From Thermoplasmata archaeon (GTDB taxonomy: Archaea; Thermoplasmatota; Thermoplasmata; Lutacidiplasmatales; UBA184), in the NCBI GenBank assembly GCA_030040865.1, contig JASHSX010000087.1:1-62126 (forward strand): a stretch of 62,126 nt of DNA, in the 5' to 3' direction. The notes beneath the pieces were generated by a model. The model was not told the origin of the DNA and did not search any database. It was given only the letters and a program-made list of their open reading frames with translations. Made by a program: the position numbers and the translations under genes. The number at the start of each line of letters is the position of its first letter. Within the stretch, counting starts at the first letter, position 1. Below are positions 7,769 through 16,985 of this stretch, piece after piece.

Positions 7769-9664
7769 ATGGCGAAGATCATCGGAATCGACCTAGGAAC
7801 GAGCAATTCGGCGGCCGCGGTCCTGGAGGGCGGGCGCCCCGTCATCATCCCGAGCGCCGAGGGAACCACGGTCGGCGGCGGGAAGGCGTTCCCGTCGTAC
7901 GTCGCGTTCTCGAAGGACGGACAGCTGATCGTCGGCGAGCCGGCACGTCGCCAGGCGATCTCGAACCCCGAGGGGACCGTCACCGCGTTCAAGCGCAAGA
8001 TGGGTACCGACTACCACTACACGATCCACGGCAAGCAGTACACCCCGCAGCAGCTCTCCGCGTTCCTGCTCCAGAAGATCAAGCGCGACGCGGAGTCGTT
8101 CCTCGGCGAGAAGGTCGAGAAGGCCGTCATCACCGTCCCGGCGTACTTCAACGACAACCAGCGCCAGGCGACGAAGGACGCGGGCGCGATCGCGGGGCTC
8201 GAGGTCGTCCGGATCATCAACGAGCCGACGGCCGCGTCGCTCGCCTACGGCCTCGACAAGACCGGGAAGAACCAGAAGATCCTCGTCTTCGACCTGGGGG
8301 GCGGCACGCTCGACGTCACCGTGATGGAGTTCGGCGAGGGCGTCTTCGAGGTGCTCTCCACGAGCGGCGACACCCAGCTCGGCGGCACGGACATGGACAA
8401 CTCCGTCACCGAGTGGATCGCCGCGGAGTTCCAGAAGGAGTCCGGCGTCGACATCCGCAAGGACAAGATGGCGATGCAGCGGGTCCGCGACGCGGCGGAG
8501 AAGGCGAAGATCGAGCTCTCCTCCACCCTGGAGACCCAGATCAACCTCCCGTTCCTGACCGCCACCAGCGACGGGCCGAAGCACCTCGCGCTCCCGCTCT
8601 CCCGCGCGAAGCTGGAGGAGCTCGTCCGCCCGATCGTCGACCGCTGCAAGGCGCCGGTCGATCAGGCGATCTCCGACGCCAAGCTGTCGCGCGACCAGAT
8701 CTCGCGCATCGTCCTGGTCGGAGGTCCGACGCGGATGCCGGTCGTCCAGAAGTTCCTCGAGGGAGCGATCGGCCGCCCGATCGAACGCGGCGTCGACCCG
8801 ATGGAATGCGTGGCCGCCGGCGCCGCGATCCAGGGCGGCGTGCTCGCGGGCGAGGTGAAGGACGTCCTCCTCCTCGACGTGACGCCCCTCTCGCTCGGCG
8901 TCGAGACGATGGGCGGTGTGTTCACGCACCTGATCGAGCGCAACACGACGATCCCGACGCGCAAGAGCCAGATCTTCACCACGGCCGCCGACAACCAGTC
9001 GACGGTCGAGATCAAGGTCTTTCAGGGCGAACGACCGATGGCCGACGACAACGTCGCGCTCGGGAGCTTCCTCTTGACGGGCATCCCGCCGGCCCCGCGG
9101 GGACTTCCGCAGGTCGAGGTCGGCTTCGACATCGATGCGAACGGGATCCTGAACGTCTCCGCGAAGGACCTCGCCTCGGGCCGCAAGCAGGGGATCACGA
9201 TCGCCGCCTCGAACAAGCTCTCGAAGGACGAGGTCGCGAAGATGGTGAAGCAGGCCGAGGAGTTCGCCGACAAGGACCGGGAGCGCGCCGCGCTCGTCAC
9301 GGCGAAGAACCAGGCCGAGTCGCTCGCCTACGAGGCCGAGCGGCTGCTCGCCGACTCGAAGGAGAAGATCGAGACGACCGACGCGGACCGCCTCAAGGAG
9401 CAGGTGGCGACGGTGCGCGGGGTCCTCGAACGCAAGGACGCGACCCTGCCCCAGGTGAAGGCGGCGGCCGACGACCTCACGACGGCGCTCCACGCGATCG
9501 CACAGAAGCTCTACCAGTCGCAGGCTCCCCCGCCGTCCGGCGCCGCGACCGCCGAGTCCCCGCCCGAGGAGTCCGGGCCGAGCACGGGCCCGGCCTCGGG
9601 GGCCGTGGACGCCGACTTCAAGGTCGTCGACGAAAGCTCGGACGCGACGAAGGACCAGCCGTAG
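7769..9664 (+). CDS. dnaK: molecular chaperone DnaK (Hsp70)
   Basis: 631 aa; [24 protein letters not shown]-type [33 protein letters not shown], and a C-terminal lid/acidic tail. Confidence 0.97.
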   Translation: MAKIIGIDLGTSNSAAAVLEGGRPVIIPSAEGTTVGGGKAFPSYVAFSKDGQLIVGEPARRQAISNPEGTVTAFKRKMGTDYHYTIHGKQYTPQQLSAFLLQKIKRDAESFLGEKVEKAVITVPAYFNDNQRQATKDAGAIAGLEVVRIINEPTAASLAYGLDKTGKNQKILVFDLGGGTLDVTVMEFGEGVFEVLSTSGDTQLGGTDMDNSVTEWIAAEFQKESGVDIRKDKMAMQRVRDAAEKAKIELSSTLETQINLPFLTATSDGPKHLALPLSRAKLEELVRPIVDRCKAPVDQAISDAKLSRDQISRIVLVGGPTRMPVVQKFLEGAIGRPIERGVDPMECVAAGAAIQGGVLAGEVKDVLLLDVTPLSLGVETMGGVFTHLIERNTTIPTRKSQIFTTAADNQSTVEIKVFQGERPMADDNVALGSFLLTGIPPAPRGLPQVEVGFDIDANGILNVSAKDLASGRKQGITIAASNKLSKDEVAKMVKQAEEFADKDRERAALVTAKNQAESLAYEAERLLADSKEKIETTDADRLKEQVATVRGVLERKDATLPQVKAAADDLTTALHAIAQKLYQSQAPPPSGAATAESPPEESGPSTGPASGAVDADFKVVDESSDATKDQP

Positions 9665-9682
9665 GTCGCTGCTCGCGCCGCC

Positions 9683-10813
9683 CTACGGCCGGAGCACCGG
9701 CCGCGGCCAGCGCAGACCGGCCGCCGGCCCGGTGTATTCGATCTCCGGCCGGATGAGGCGGTTGTCCGTCGCCTGTTCGAGCGCGTGGGCCGCCCAACCC
9801 GCCGTGCGGGCGACCGCGAAGGTCGGGGTAAAGAGCGTCCGCGGGAGCCCGACGGCTTCGAGGACGACGGCGCTGTAGAACTCGACGTTCGTGAACAGAC
9901 GAGCACCGGGCTTGGCCGCCCGCAGCGCGGCCAAGGCGACCCGCTCTACCTCCTCCGCGAGCCTGAGGCGCTGGGGGTCCGCGACCCCCCGCGCGATGCG
10001 ATGCAGCAGCAGCCCGCGGGGGTCGTCGGTCTTGTAGACCCGGTGGCCGAATCCGTAGAGCACCTGCTTCTCGGCGAGGCGCGCCGCGATCCACTCCTCG
10101 GCCCGATCCGGCGTCCCGATCGCGTCGAGCATGTCGGCGACCCGGCTCGGAGCGCCGCCGTGGACCGGGCCCTTGAGGGTCCCGAACGCCGCGGTCGCCG
10201 CGCTCACGAGGTCGGACTGCGTCGAGATCGCGACCCGGAGGGCAAACGTCGATGCGTTCATTCCGTGGTCCGCGAGGAGGTCGAGGTACCCTTCGAGCGC
10301 CGCGATCTTCTCGGGGGCGGGAAGCTCCCCGGTAAGGCTCCACAGGAAGTGGGCCGCGTGCGACAGCTCGGAACGGAGGGGCACGGGGTCGAGACCGCGG
10401 GCACGCCGCACGAACCGGGCGAGGGCCAGCGGGGTACGAGCGATGAGCCGGAACCCGTCGTCCCGGGAGGGCGGATAGCCGAACGAACCGTCGCCGATCG
10501 CCGAGAGGATCGTTCGCAGCGCTTCCATCGGGGCAAGGTCCCGGGGGAGCGCGTCGATGGTCCGGCCGAGCGCCTCCGGGACCGTCCGGTGCGCTCCGAG
10601 CCGGCGGACCACCTCGGGAGACGGGTCCCGGTCCGGGGGCGTCCCTTCGAGGAGGAGGTGCACCATCGACTCGTACGGAAGGCCCGGCACGAGCTCCCGG
10701 ATGCCGTAGCCGCGATAGACGAGCTCGCCCGTCTCCCCGCCGACGTAGGTGATGGCGGACGTGCCGACGATCGCGTCGTCGAGGCCCTTCGCGACGCGGA
10801 CCGCCGGCGGCAT
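9683..10813 (-). CDS. gltA: citrate synthase
   Basis: 3' 376 aa of track ORF 9683..11107, from ATG 10813 (MPPAVRVAKGLDDAIVGTSAITYV...). GFGHRVYKTDDPR signature, HGGA, NVEFYSAV, ARTAGW. Confidence 0.93.
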   Translation of the reverse strand: MPPAVRVAKGLDDAIVGTSAITYVGGETGELVYRGYGIRELVPGLPYESMVHLLLEGTPPDRDPSPEVVRRLGAHRTVPEALGRTIDALPRDLAPMEALRTILSAIGDGSFGYPPSRDDGFRLIARTPLALARFVRRARGLDPVPLRSELSHAAHFLWSLTGELPAPEKIAALEGYLDLLADHGMNASTFALRVAISTQSDLVSAATAAFGTLKGPVHGGAPSRVADMLDAIGTPDRAEEWIAARLAEKQVLYGFGHRVYKTDDPRGLLLHRIARGVADPQRLRLAEEVERVALAALRAAKPGARLFTNVEFYSAVVLEAVGLPRTLFTPTFAVARTAGWAAHALEQATDNRLIRPEIEYTGPAAGLRWPRPVLRP

Positions 10814-10897
10814 GCCGGGCCGATGCCCGGCCGCGGGGATATCGTCAGCGCCTTCCGTCGGGAAAAAGGCTAAGGACCGTCGGTCGGTCGCGCGCCC

Positions 10898-11140
10898 GTG
10901 GCCGACCTGCCGGCGCACCTCCTCGACAAGGTCCTCCAGCAGCGCGTGACGTTGCTCCTCAAGGACGCCCGCCAGCTGAGCGGGAAGCTCCTCGGGGTCG
11001 ACGAGCATCTCAACCTCGTGCTGGACGACGCCGACGAGGCGACCGCCGAGCGCACCCGCCACCTGGGGAGGGTCGTGCTGCGCGGATCGAGCGTCGTCAC
11101 CCTCCACGCCCCTTCCGGGAGCGGAGGGAAGACCTCGTAA
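10898..11140 (+). CDS. Sm-like archaeal protein (SmAP/LSm)
   Basis: 80 aa, GTG start. Sm1 motif VTLLLKDARQLSGKLLGVDEHLNLVLDDADE and Sm2 motif RHLGRVVLRGSSVVTL. Confidence 0.85.
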   Translation: MADLPAHLLDKVLQQRVTLLLKDARQLSGKLLGVDEHLNLVLDDADEATAERTRHLGRVVLRGSSVVTLHAPSGSGGKTS

Positions 11141-11142
11141 CC

Positions 11143-11844
11143 GTGCCCGCCCGCCGGACCGCCGCCGACCCGGGGCGCCCCCGGACTAAGGGCGAGGCGC
11201 TCGCCGTGCTGAAGCTGCTCGCCGGACTCGGCGCCGGTCACAGCGAGGTGGTGCTGAGCTCGCGCGAGGTCGGCGAGCGGATCGGCATGAGTCAGCAGGC
11301 GGCCGACCGCTACCTCGTGGCCCTCGAGAAGCGCGGGCTGCTCGCCCGATCGCTCGCGCAGCGACGCCAGCGACTCGCGCTCACTCCCGCGGCCCTCGCG
11401 CTCCTGCGCGCCGAGTACCATAGCTACCGTCGCATCTTCGAGGGACCGGCGAACGTCTCCTTCTCGGGGGCGGTCGCGTCGGGGCTCGGCGAGGGTCGGT
11501 ACTACCTGAGCCAGCCCGGCTACGTCGTCCAGTTCACCGAGCGGCTCGGCTACTCGCCGTACCCGGGCACCCTCAACGTCCGGCTGTCGGGGGCGGCGCT
11601 CCGGAAGGTGTCGGTCGTCTCGGACTGGTCGGGCGTGCGGATCGACGGCTTCCAGGCGAGCGGGCGGACCTTCGGCGGGGCGACCTGCTTCGGCGGGCGG
11701 ATGAACGGACGGGCCTGCCACCTCATCCGGCCCGATCGGTCCCACTACCAGGACGTCGTCGAGTTCATCGCTCCGGTCCGCCTGAGGGACGCGCTCGCGC
11801 TCTCGGACGGCGACCGCGTCGAGATCGTGGTCGAGGAGTCATGA
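11143..11844 (+). CDS. rbkR: bifunctional wHTH regulator / CTP-dependent riboflavin kinase (RbkR-type RibK)
   Basis: 233 aa, GTG start 2 nt after the Sm stop. N-terminal MarR-like wHTH (SSREVGERIGMSQQAADRYLVALEKRGLL) fused to the archaeal CTP-dependent RFK domain (GLGEGRYYLSQPGY...LGYSPYPGTLNVRL). Confidence 0.85.
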   Translation: MPARRTAADPGRPRTKGEALAVLKLLAGLGAGHSEVVLSSREVGERIGMSQQAADRYLVALEKRGLLARSLAQRRQRLALTPAALALLRAEYHSYRRIFEGPANVSFSGAVASGLGEGRYYLSQPGYVVQFTERLGYSPYPGTLNVRLSGAALRKVSVVSDWSGVRIDGFQASGRTFGGATCFGGRMNGRACHLIRPDRSHYQDVVEFIAPVRLRDALALSDGDRVEIVVEES

Positions 11845-12863
11845 CGCCGGGATCGATCGCGCGGTCGGTGGCGCACGACCGCCGGCCCCCGCCGGCGCCG
11901 ACGGAGTCGGCGCGTCGCTACGTGAACCAGTGGGTCGAGCCGGAGGCGATCGGTTCCGATCGCGTGCCCGCGTTCGTGCTCATTCTGAGGACGCGCGGGT
12001 GCTACTGGGCGGACGCCAAAGGATGTTCCATGTGCGGGTACGCGAAGGACACCCTGGGGCGGTCCGCGACGCCCGCCGAGCTGGCCGAGCAGCTGGACCG
12101 GGCGCTCGCGCGCTACCACGAGGAGCCGTACGTGAAGGTCTACACGTCGGGGAGCTTCCTCGACGACCGCGAGGTCGATCCGGAGAGCCGGAAGGCCCTG
12201 GTCGAGTCGTTCTCGGGCCGCGCCCGCCGCCTCCTGTTCGAGACCCTCCCCGAGTTCGCGACCGCGGAGGCGCTCACGCCGCTCAAAGAAACGTTCGAGG
12301 GGGAGATCGAGGTCGCCCTGGGTCTCGAGTCCACGGACCCCCTCGTGCTGTCCCGGTACATCCACAAGAACGCCCCTCCCACCGAATACCTCCACGCCGG
12401 CGACCGAGTCCGAGCGCTCGGACTGCGCGCGAAGGCGTACCTGCTGCTGAAGCCGCCGTATCTCTCCGAAGGCGAGGCGATCGACGACGTCCGACGGTCG
12501 GTCGCCGAGGCGAGCTCGCGGTTCGATGCGCTCTCGATCAACCCCGTCCACATCCAGAACGGCACGGTGGTCGAGTGGCTGTTCCGGCGCGGTCGCTACC
12601 GGCCTCCGTGGCTGTGGTCGCTGGTCGCCGCCCTCAGGGACGGAGCGTCCCATCGGGCGGCGGCCCGGCTCGTCTCCTTCCCGACCGCGGGGGGGCTGGC
12701 CCGCGGACCCCACAATTGCGGTCGGTGCGACGCGACGGTGCTCGGGGCCATCGAGGAGGCCTCCCTTTCCCAGGAGTTCGGTCCGCTCGGGGATCTCGAT
12801 TGCGCATGCCGCGCCCGCTGGGAGGCCACCCTCGATTTCGAGCCGCTGGGGGTCGAGGCATGA
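11841..12863 (+). CDS. radical SAM protein, TIGR01210 family (archaeosine synthase partner RaSEA-like)
   Basis: 340 aa; LILRTRGCYWADAKGCSMCGY cluster motif, then VKVYTSGSFLDD and LGLESTD. ATGA overlap with the rbkR stop. Confidence 0.8.
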   Translation: MTPGSIARSVAHDRRPPPAPTESARRYVNQWVEPEAIGSDRVPAFVLILRTRGCYWADAKGCSMCGYAKDTLGRSATPAELAEQLDRALARYHEEPYVKVYTSGSFLDDREVDPESRKALVESFSGRARRLLFETLPEFATAEALTPLKETFEGEIEVALGLESTDPLVLSRYIHKNAPPTEYLHAGDRVRALGLRAKAYLLLKPPYLSEGEAIDDVRRSVAEASSRFDALSINPVHIQNGTVVEWLFRRGRYRPPWLWSLVAALRDGASHRAAARLVSFPTAGGLARGPHNCGRCDATVLGAIEEASLSQEFGPLGDLDCACRARWEATLDFEPLGVEA

Positions 12864-13669
12864 ACCCGCTCTCGCCGCGGCTCCCGTCGCACGCGCGCGA
12901 GACGATCCACCAGTTCCTGAGGGCGCACGCCCTCGCGGACCCGGCCCGGGGCGTCGTCGTCGGGCTCTCCGGCGGGATCGACAGCGCGCTCGCGGCCCGG
13001 CTCGCTCGGGACGCCCTCGGCGGCGACCGGGTGCTGGGGGTGCTCCTCCCCGACGCGGGGTACCCGCCGTCGCTGCTCCGGGAGACCGAGGAGTACGCGA
13101 CGTCCCTCGGGATCGCGCACCGTACGATCCCGATCGACGCCGCGGAGGCGGCCGTCCGCTCGCTCGTCCCCGAGCTCTCCGATCGCGTCGACCTCGGGAA
13201 CGTCAAGGCCCGCCTCCGGATGGTCGTGAGCTACGCCCTCGCCCGGCCGCGACAGTACCTCGTCGCGGGAGCGGGGAACAAGTCGGAGCTGCTCGTCGGC
13301 TACTTCACGAAGTACGGCGACGGCGGGGCCGACCTGTTGCCGCTGGGGGACCTCTACAAGACCGAGGTTCGGACCCTCGCGACGCAGCTCGAGCTTCCGT
13401 GGGGGTTCCTCGAGCGGGCGCCGACGGCCGGACTCTGGGAAGGGCAGACCGACGAGGCCGAGCTCGGGCTCCGCTACGACGAACTCGATCGGATCCTCTA
13501 CGGACTCGAGCAGTTGCTCGACCCCGAGGAGATCGCCCGACGGGGCGAGGTCCCGATCGAGAAGGTCCGGTCGGTGGAGGCGAGGATCCGGGCCACGCGG
13601 CACAAGAGGCGGATGCCGCCGATCCCGAAGCTCTCCCTGCGCACGGTCGGCCTCGACTGGCGTGAGTGA
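12860..13669 (+). CDS. nadE: NH3-dependent NAD+ synthetase
   Basis: 269 aa from ATG 12860 (ATGA overlap with the upstream stop). SGGIDS PP-loop (VVGLSGGIDSALAA), GAGNKSELLVGYFTKYGDGGADLLPLGDLYKTEV. Confidence 0.9.
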   Translation: MNPLSPRLPSHARETIHQFLRAHALADPARGVVVGLSGGIDSALAARLARDALGGDRVLGVLLPDAGYPPSLLRETEEYATSLGIAHRTIPIDAAEAAVRSLVPELSDRVDLGNVKARLRMVVSYALARPRQYLVAGAGNKSELLVGYFTKYGDGGADLLPLGDLYKTEVRTLATQLELPWGFLERAPTAGLWEGQTDEAELGLRYDELDRILYGLEQLLDPEEIARRGEVPIEKVRSVEARIRATRHKRRMPPIPKLSLRTVGLDWRE

Positions 13670-13769
13670 ACGCGCCCTCGCCCCGCGGCCTCCGGGCCGA
13701 CGGTCCCCTCGCCCCAACACTTTTACCCGCGCACGGCTCGGGAGGCCGTTGTTCTAGCGGGACTTCGTC

Positions 13770-14654
13770 ATGGACCGGGCCACCTACCAGCGTCTCTCCG
13801 ACCAGCTCGCCACCTTCGAGGACGTTCACCGCCTCGCCCACGAGGAGCACTGGGACGAGGAGCTGTTGTTCGTCATCCACACCCACCGGGTGACGCGCGA
13901 CGCGACGCGGCGGTTCTACGTCCTCAAACGTCAGATGCCGAGGCTCGCGGCGCAGTGGAAGCGCGGGCGCTCGATGCTCGACATCGCCCACGAATGGAAG
14001 TTCCCGCCGGTGCTCCTGGGCCAGCAGATGTTGGGCGAGCTCGGTCTCCCGAGGAAACGGATCTGGGGGACGTTCCTGGACCCGTCGGCCGCCCCCGATG
14101 CCCGGCTCCGCAAGGAGGTCGAGGGCCTCCTCGCCGCGGACATGATCTACTCGCCCCGGGGCATGGAGCTCCAGCGCGAGCGAGGCCGTAAGGGCGAGGA
14201 CCGGCTCGCCACCTGGCTCCAGAAGCACGGGATCGGCTACCGGACGGAGAAGGACCTGAGGGGCCGGTACGCGAAGACCCCGGACGCGCTCCTCGACGAG
14301 CCGATCATCCTCTTCGGCCAGAAGATCGCCTGGATCGAGTCGAAGGCGAACTTCGGCGACGACGTCGAGATGCGGAAGAACCTGAAGCGGCAGCTCGGAC
14401 CGTACACCGAGATGTTCGGCGAGGGAGCGGTCGTCTACTGGTACGGCTACGTCGAAGGGGCGGAGTCCCCGCCCGGCGTCCTCCTCTACGACGGCGATGC
14501 GTTCGAGGCGATCACGCCGGTCGTGCCGCCTCGCGCCGCGGGATCGTCCGCTGCGCACCACTCGCGAGATCCCGTTCGACGACCGCATCCGGCCCCGCTT
14601 CCTTCAGCCCCAGGATCAGCGCACGGCGGCAGCGGCGGCGCGCCGCCTCCTTGA
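13770..14654 (+). CDS. TPD-motif PD-(D/E)xK nuclease-like protein (CDIN1/C15orf41 family)
   Basis: 294 aa. HTH-like SMLDIAHEWKFPPVLLGQQML, then YAKTPDALLDEPIILFGQKIAWIESKANFGD (PD ... E-x-K), which is the hallmark of the TPD family. The low-complexity C-terminal 45 aa overlaps hisS on the opposite strand. Confidence 0.7.
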   Translation: MDRATYQRLSDQLATFEDVHRLAHEEHWDEELLFVIHTHRVTRDATRRFYVLKRQMPRLAAQWKRGRSMLDIAHEWKFPPVLLGQQMLGELGLPRKRIWGTFLDPSAAPDARLRKEVEGLLAADMIYSPRGMELQRERGRKGEDRLATWLQKHGIGYRTEKDLRGRYAKTPDALLDEPIILFGQKIAWIESKANFGDDVEMRKNLKRQLGPYTEMFGEGAVVYWYGYVEGAESPPGVLLYDGDAFEAITPVVPPRAAGSSAAHHSRDPVRRPHPAPLPSAPGSAHGGSGGAPPP

Positions 14655-15813
14655 GCTGCCGGGACATCGATCGCCCCAGCAGGTCCGCGTCGGCGCTCAC
14701 GCCGGCGCGCCGGAGCTCCTCGACGAGCGCGGTCGCGGCGAGCGCGTGCGTCCCGTCGACGACGACCACGTACGTGTCGAGCGGTGGCTCGCCGTCCGGC
14801 CATCGTCCGGCGCCCTTCAACAGGAGCTCGAGCGTCTGGTCGCCGATCGCGAGCCCGGCGGCCGCGGTCGCCGGACCTTCGAACAGCTCGATCAGGTGGT
14901 CGTAGCGGCCTCCGCCGAAGACCGACCGCCCGTCGCCGCCCCGGGCGTACGCCTCGAAGACGGTCGACGTGTAGTAGGCGAGACCGCGGACGACCGTGGG
15001 GTCGAAGACGATGCGGTCGGCGAGGCCCGCCCGCTCGAGGTGCTCGAACAATCCCTTGAGCCGCTCCACGCCGGTCCACGCGGTCGCGTCGAGCCCCTGG
15101 GCCCGGAGCGCCTCCGAGTAGGCGAGGAACTCCCGGGGGGCCACCCCGTGGCCCGCGTCCCGGAACAGCCGGCCGAGCGCGGCCGCGCGCTCCCGGGTGA
15201 CCCCGGCGGCCTCGAGCTCTCCCTCGAACTCGGCGGGAGGGACCTTGCGGTAGGTGTCCACGGCCCGGAAGAACCGTCCCACGTCGCGGGCGCCGAAGAC
15301 CCGGCCGATCCCCTCGGCGATCGCCCGGTCGTTGACCCGGAAGGCGTACAGTCCCTCCGCGCCGACGTCGTCCAGGATGAGCGCGGCGGTCGCGAGGAGG
15401 TCGCACTCGGCCTCGACGCCCGGGACCCCGAAGATGTCGAGGTTGAACTGGAGGAACTCGCGGGTCCGCCCGGCCTGGGGCTCCTCGTAGCGCCACGTCT
15501 TCGACACCGTGAACCACTTCACGGGGAGCGGCTCCGCCTTCCCGCGATCGGCGAAAATCCGCGCGAGGGACGGGGTGGTCTCGGGGACGAGGGCGACCGG
15601 CCGGTCGCCCTTGTCGTGGAACATCCACGCCTGGGCGGCGATCCCCTCGCCGCTCTTGCGCTGGTACAGCTCGAAGCTCTCGACGCACGGGACCTCGATC
15701 TCGACGTACCCCGCGCGGCGGGCGCCGGCCCGCATCCGGCGCAGGATCTCCGAGCGAGCCCCCGCGTCGGGAGGGAGGTAGTCGCGGAACCCGCGCAACG
15801 CCGAGGTGGGCAT
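14512..15813 (-). CDS. hisS: histidine--tRNA ligase
   Basis: 433 aa; class II motifs (RGFRDYLP, FHDKGDRPVALVPETTPS, WRYEEPQAGRTREFLQFNLDIFG, GGGRYD) and a C-terminal anticodon-binding domain. Confidence 0.95.
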   Translation of the reverse strand: MPTSALRGFRDYLPPDAGARSEILRRMRAGARRAGYVEIEVPCVESFELYQRKSGEGIAAQAWMFHDKGDRPVALVPETTPSLARIFADRGKAEPLPVKWFTVSKTWRYEEPQAGRTREFLQFNLDIFGVPGVEAECDLLATAALILDDVGAEGLYAFRVNDRAIAEGIGRVFGARDVGRFFRAVDTYRKVPPAEFEGELEAAGVTRERAAALGRLFRDAGHGVAPREFLAYSEALRAQGLDATAWTGVERLKGLFEHLERAGLADRIVFDPTVVRGLAYYTSTVFEAYARGGDGRSVFGGGRYDHLIELFEGPATAAAGLAIGDQTLELLLKGAGRWPDGEPPLDTYVVVVDGTHALAATALVEELRRAGVSADADLLGRSMSRQLKEAARRRCRRALILGLKEAGPDAVVERDLASGAQRTIPRREAARPA

Positions 15814-15844
15814 GGGCCGGCGGGACCCCGGGACGCCTTTTTAC

Positions 15845-16978
15845 CTATGCGGGCGGCACGGAGCGCAGCTCGATACCGCCGACCGGCACCGTGGTCCCAT
15901 CATCGCCCGGAACGCTCGTCCGATCGACGAACGCCCGCAGCCGTCGGTAGGCGACGATCGCCTCCGCGAAGTTGCGCTCCCGCAGCGCCACGGCGACGAT
16001 GCGCAGCTCGGCGAGCGCGGGCGCCACCTCGACTCCGGAGCCGCGGAACTCGCTGAGCCGGTCCCGCATCCGGTGGAGGTCCTCCAGGAAGCGGGGCTGC
16101 AGGACGGTCCAGACCGCGACGGCGGCGCGCGCGAGCAGGTCCTCGCCGGCCTTCCGCTGTCCCCGGGCGATGAGGCGGCGGCCCTCCTCGAGAGGGCCGA
16201 GGGCGGGGGTCGGGTCGCCGCCGAGCTCCCGGACCGTGGCCGCGAGGAGCTCACACTCGGTCACCAGGATCCGGCCGACCTGCCACTCTTCCTCGACGCG
16301 CCCGAGCTCGTCGCGGACGTGCGCGAGGCGCCGCTGGGCGCCGACCAGGTCGCCGGTCGCAACGGCCCGCTGGATCGCGGCGAGCTCGACGTCGGCGCTC
16401 CCGGTCCGGACGAGCTGCGCGAGCTCGTTGCGACGAGCGAGCGCGCTCTCGTACTCCTCGGCGAGCGCGCTCGAAACGTGGACGAACATCTCGCGGGAGA
16501 GGACCTCCATCGACGCGGTGTCGTCGACGAGCCGCGCGGCGTTCGCCCGCGCCTCGAAGTCGGTGAAGTCGAGGCCGAGGCGGCGGCCGATCGCGAAGTA
16601 CTCCTCGATCCGCCGGCGCATCTCGACCGCCGTCGGCGGCGCCGGCAGCGCGGGCAGGTTGCGGAGCGGGCTCAGAAGCTCGCCCCCCGCCGGGACCTTC
16701 GGCGGGGGGGCCGCCTCCGCGACCCCGAGCGCCGGGAACCTCGGGGGCCGGCTGAGGAGTCCCCGGGCGGGTTCGGCCGCCGGGGAGACGGGCTGGGAGA
16801 GGTCGACGGTGGCGAGCAGCTCCGCCACGGTGCGCACGTACGCGGGGTCGGCGGCGGCCACGTCCCCGGCCGCCTCGCGGACCGGTTGGAACAGGTCGGC
16901 GGCCAGGTGGCACGACGGGCACTCGCTCTCGCCGCTCGCCACGAGGGCCCCGCACGCGGGGCATCGGGGGGACTCCAT
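15845..16978 (-). CDS. hypothetical zinc-ribbon protein with Pro-rich linker and large alpha-helical domain
   Basis: 377 aa. N-terminal CPACG...CPSC ribbon, a Pro/Ala linker, then about 250 aa of predicted helices (E/R/A/L-rich). Strong G/C third-position bias supports coding. No family recognised. Confidence 0.6.
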   Translation of the reverse strand: MESPRCPACGALVASGESECPSCHLAADLFQPVREAAGDVAAADPAYVRTVAELLATVDLSQPVSPAAEPARGLLSRPPRFPALGVAEAAPPPKVPAGGELLSPLRNLPALPAPPTAVEMRRRIEEYFAIGRRLGLDFTDFEARANAARLVDDTASMEVLSREMFVHVSSALAEEYESALARRNELAQLVRTGSADVELAAIQRAVATGDLVGAQRRLAHVRDELGRVEEEWQVGRILVTECELLAATVRELGGDPTPALGPLEEGRRLIARGQRKAGEDLLARAAVAVWTVLQPRFLEDLHRMRDRLSEFRGSGVEVAPALAELRIVAVALRERNFAEAIVAYRRLRAFVDRTSVPGDDGTTVPVGGIELRSVPPA

Positions 16979-16985
16979 GGCGTCG

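Noticed and set aside
7705-9756. 683-aa plus-strand ORF, together with the 566-aa minus-strand ORF 7793..9493, overlapping dnaK
   Set aside because: Both are alternative-frame or antisense shadows of the unmistakable dnaK frame. The products are R/G/P/D-rich low-complexity with no motifs, which is a typical high-GC artefact.
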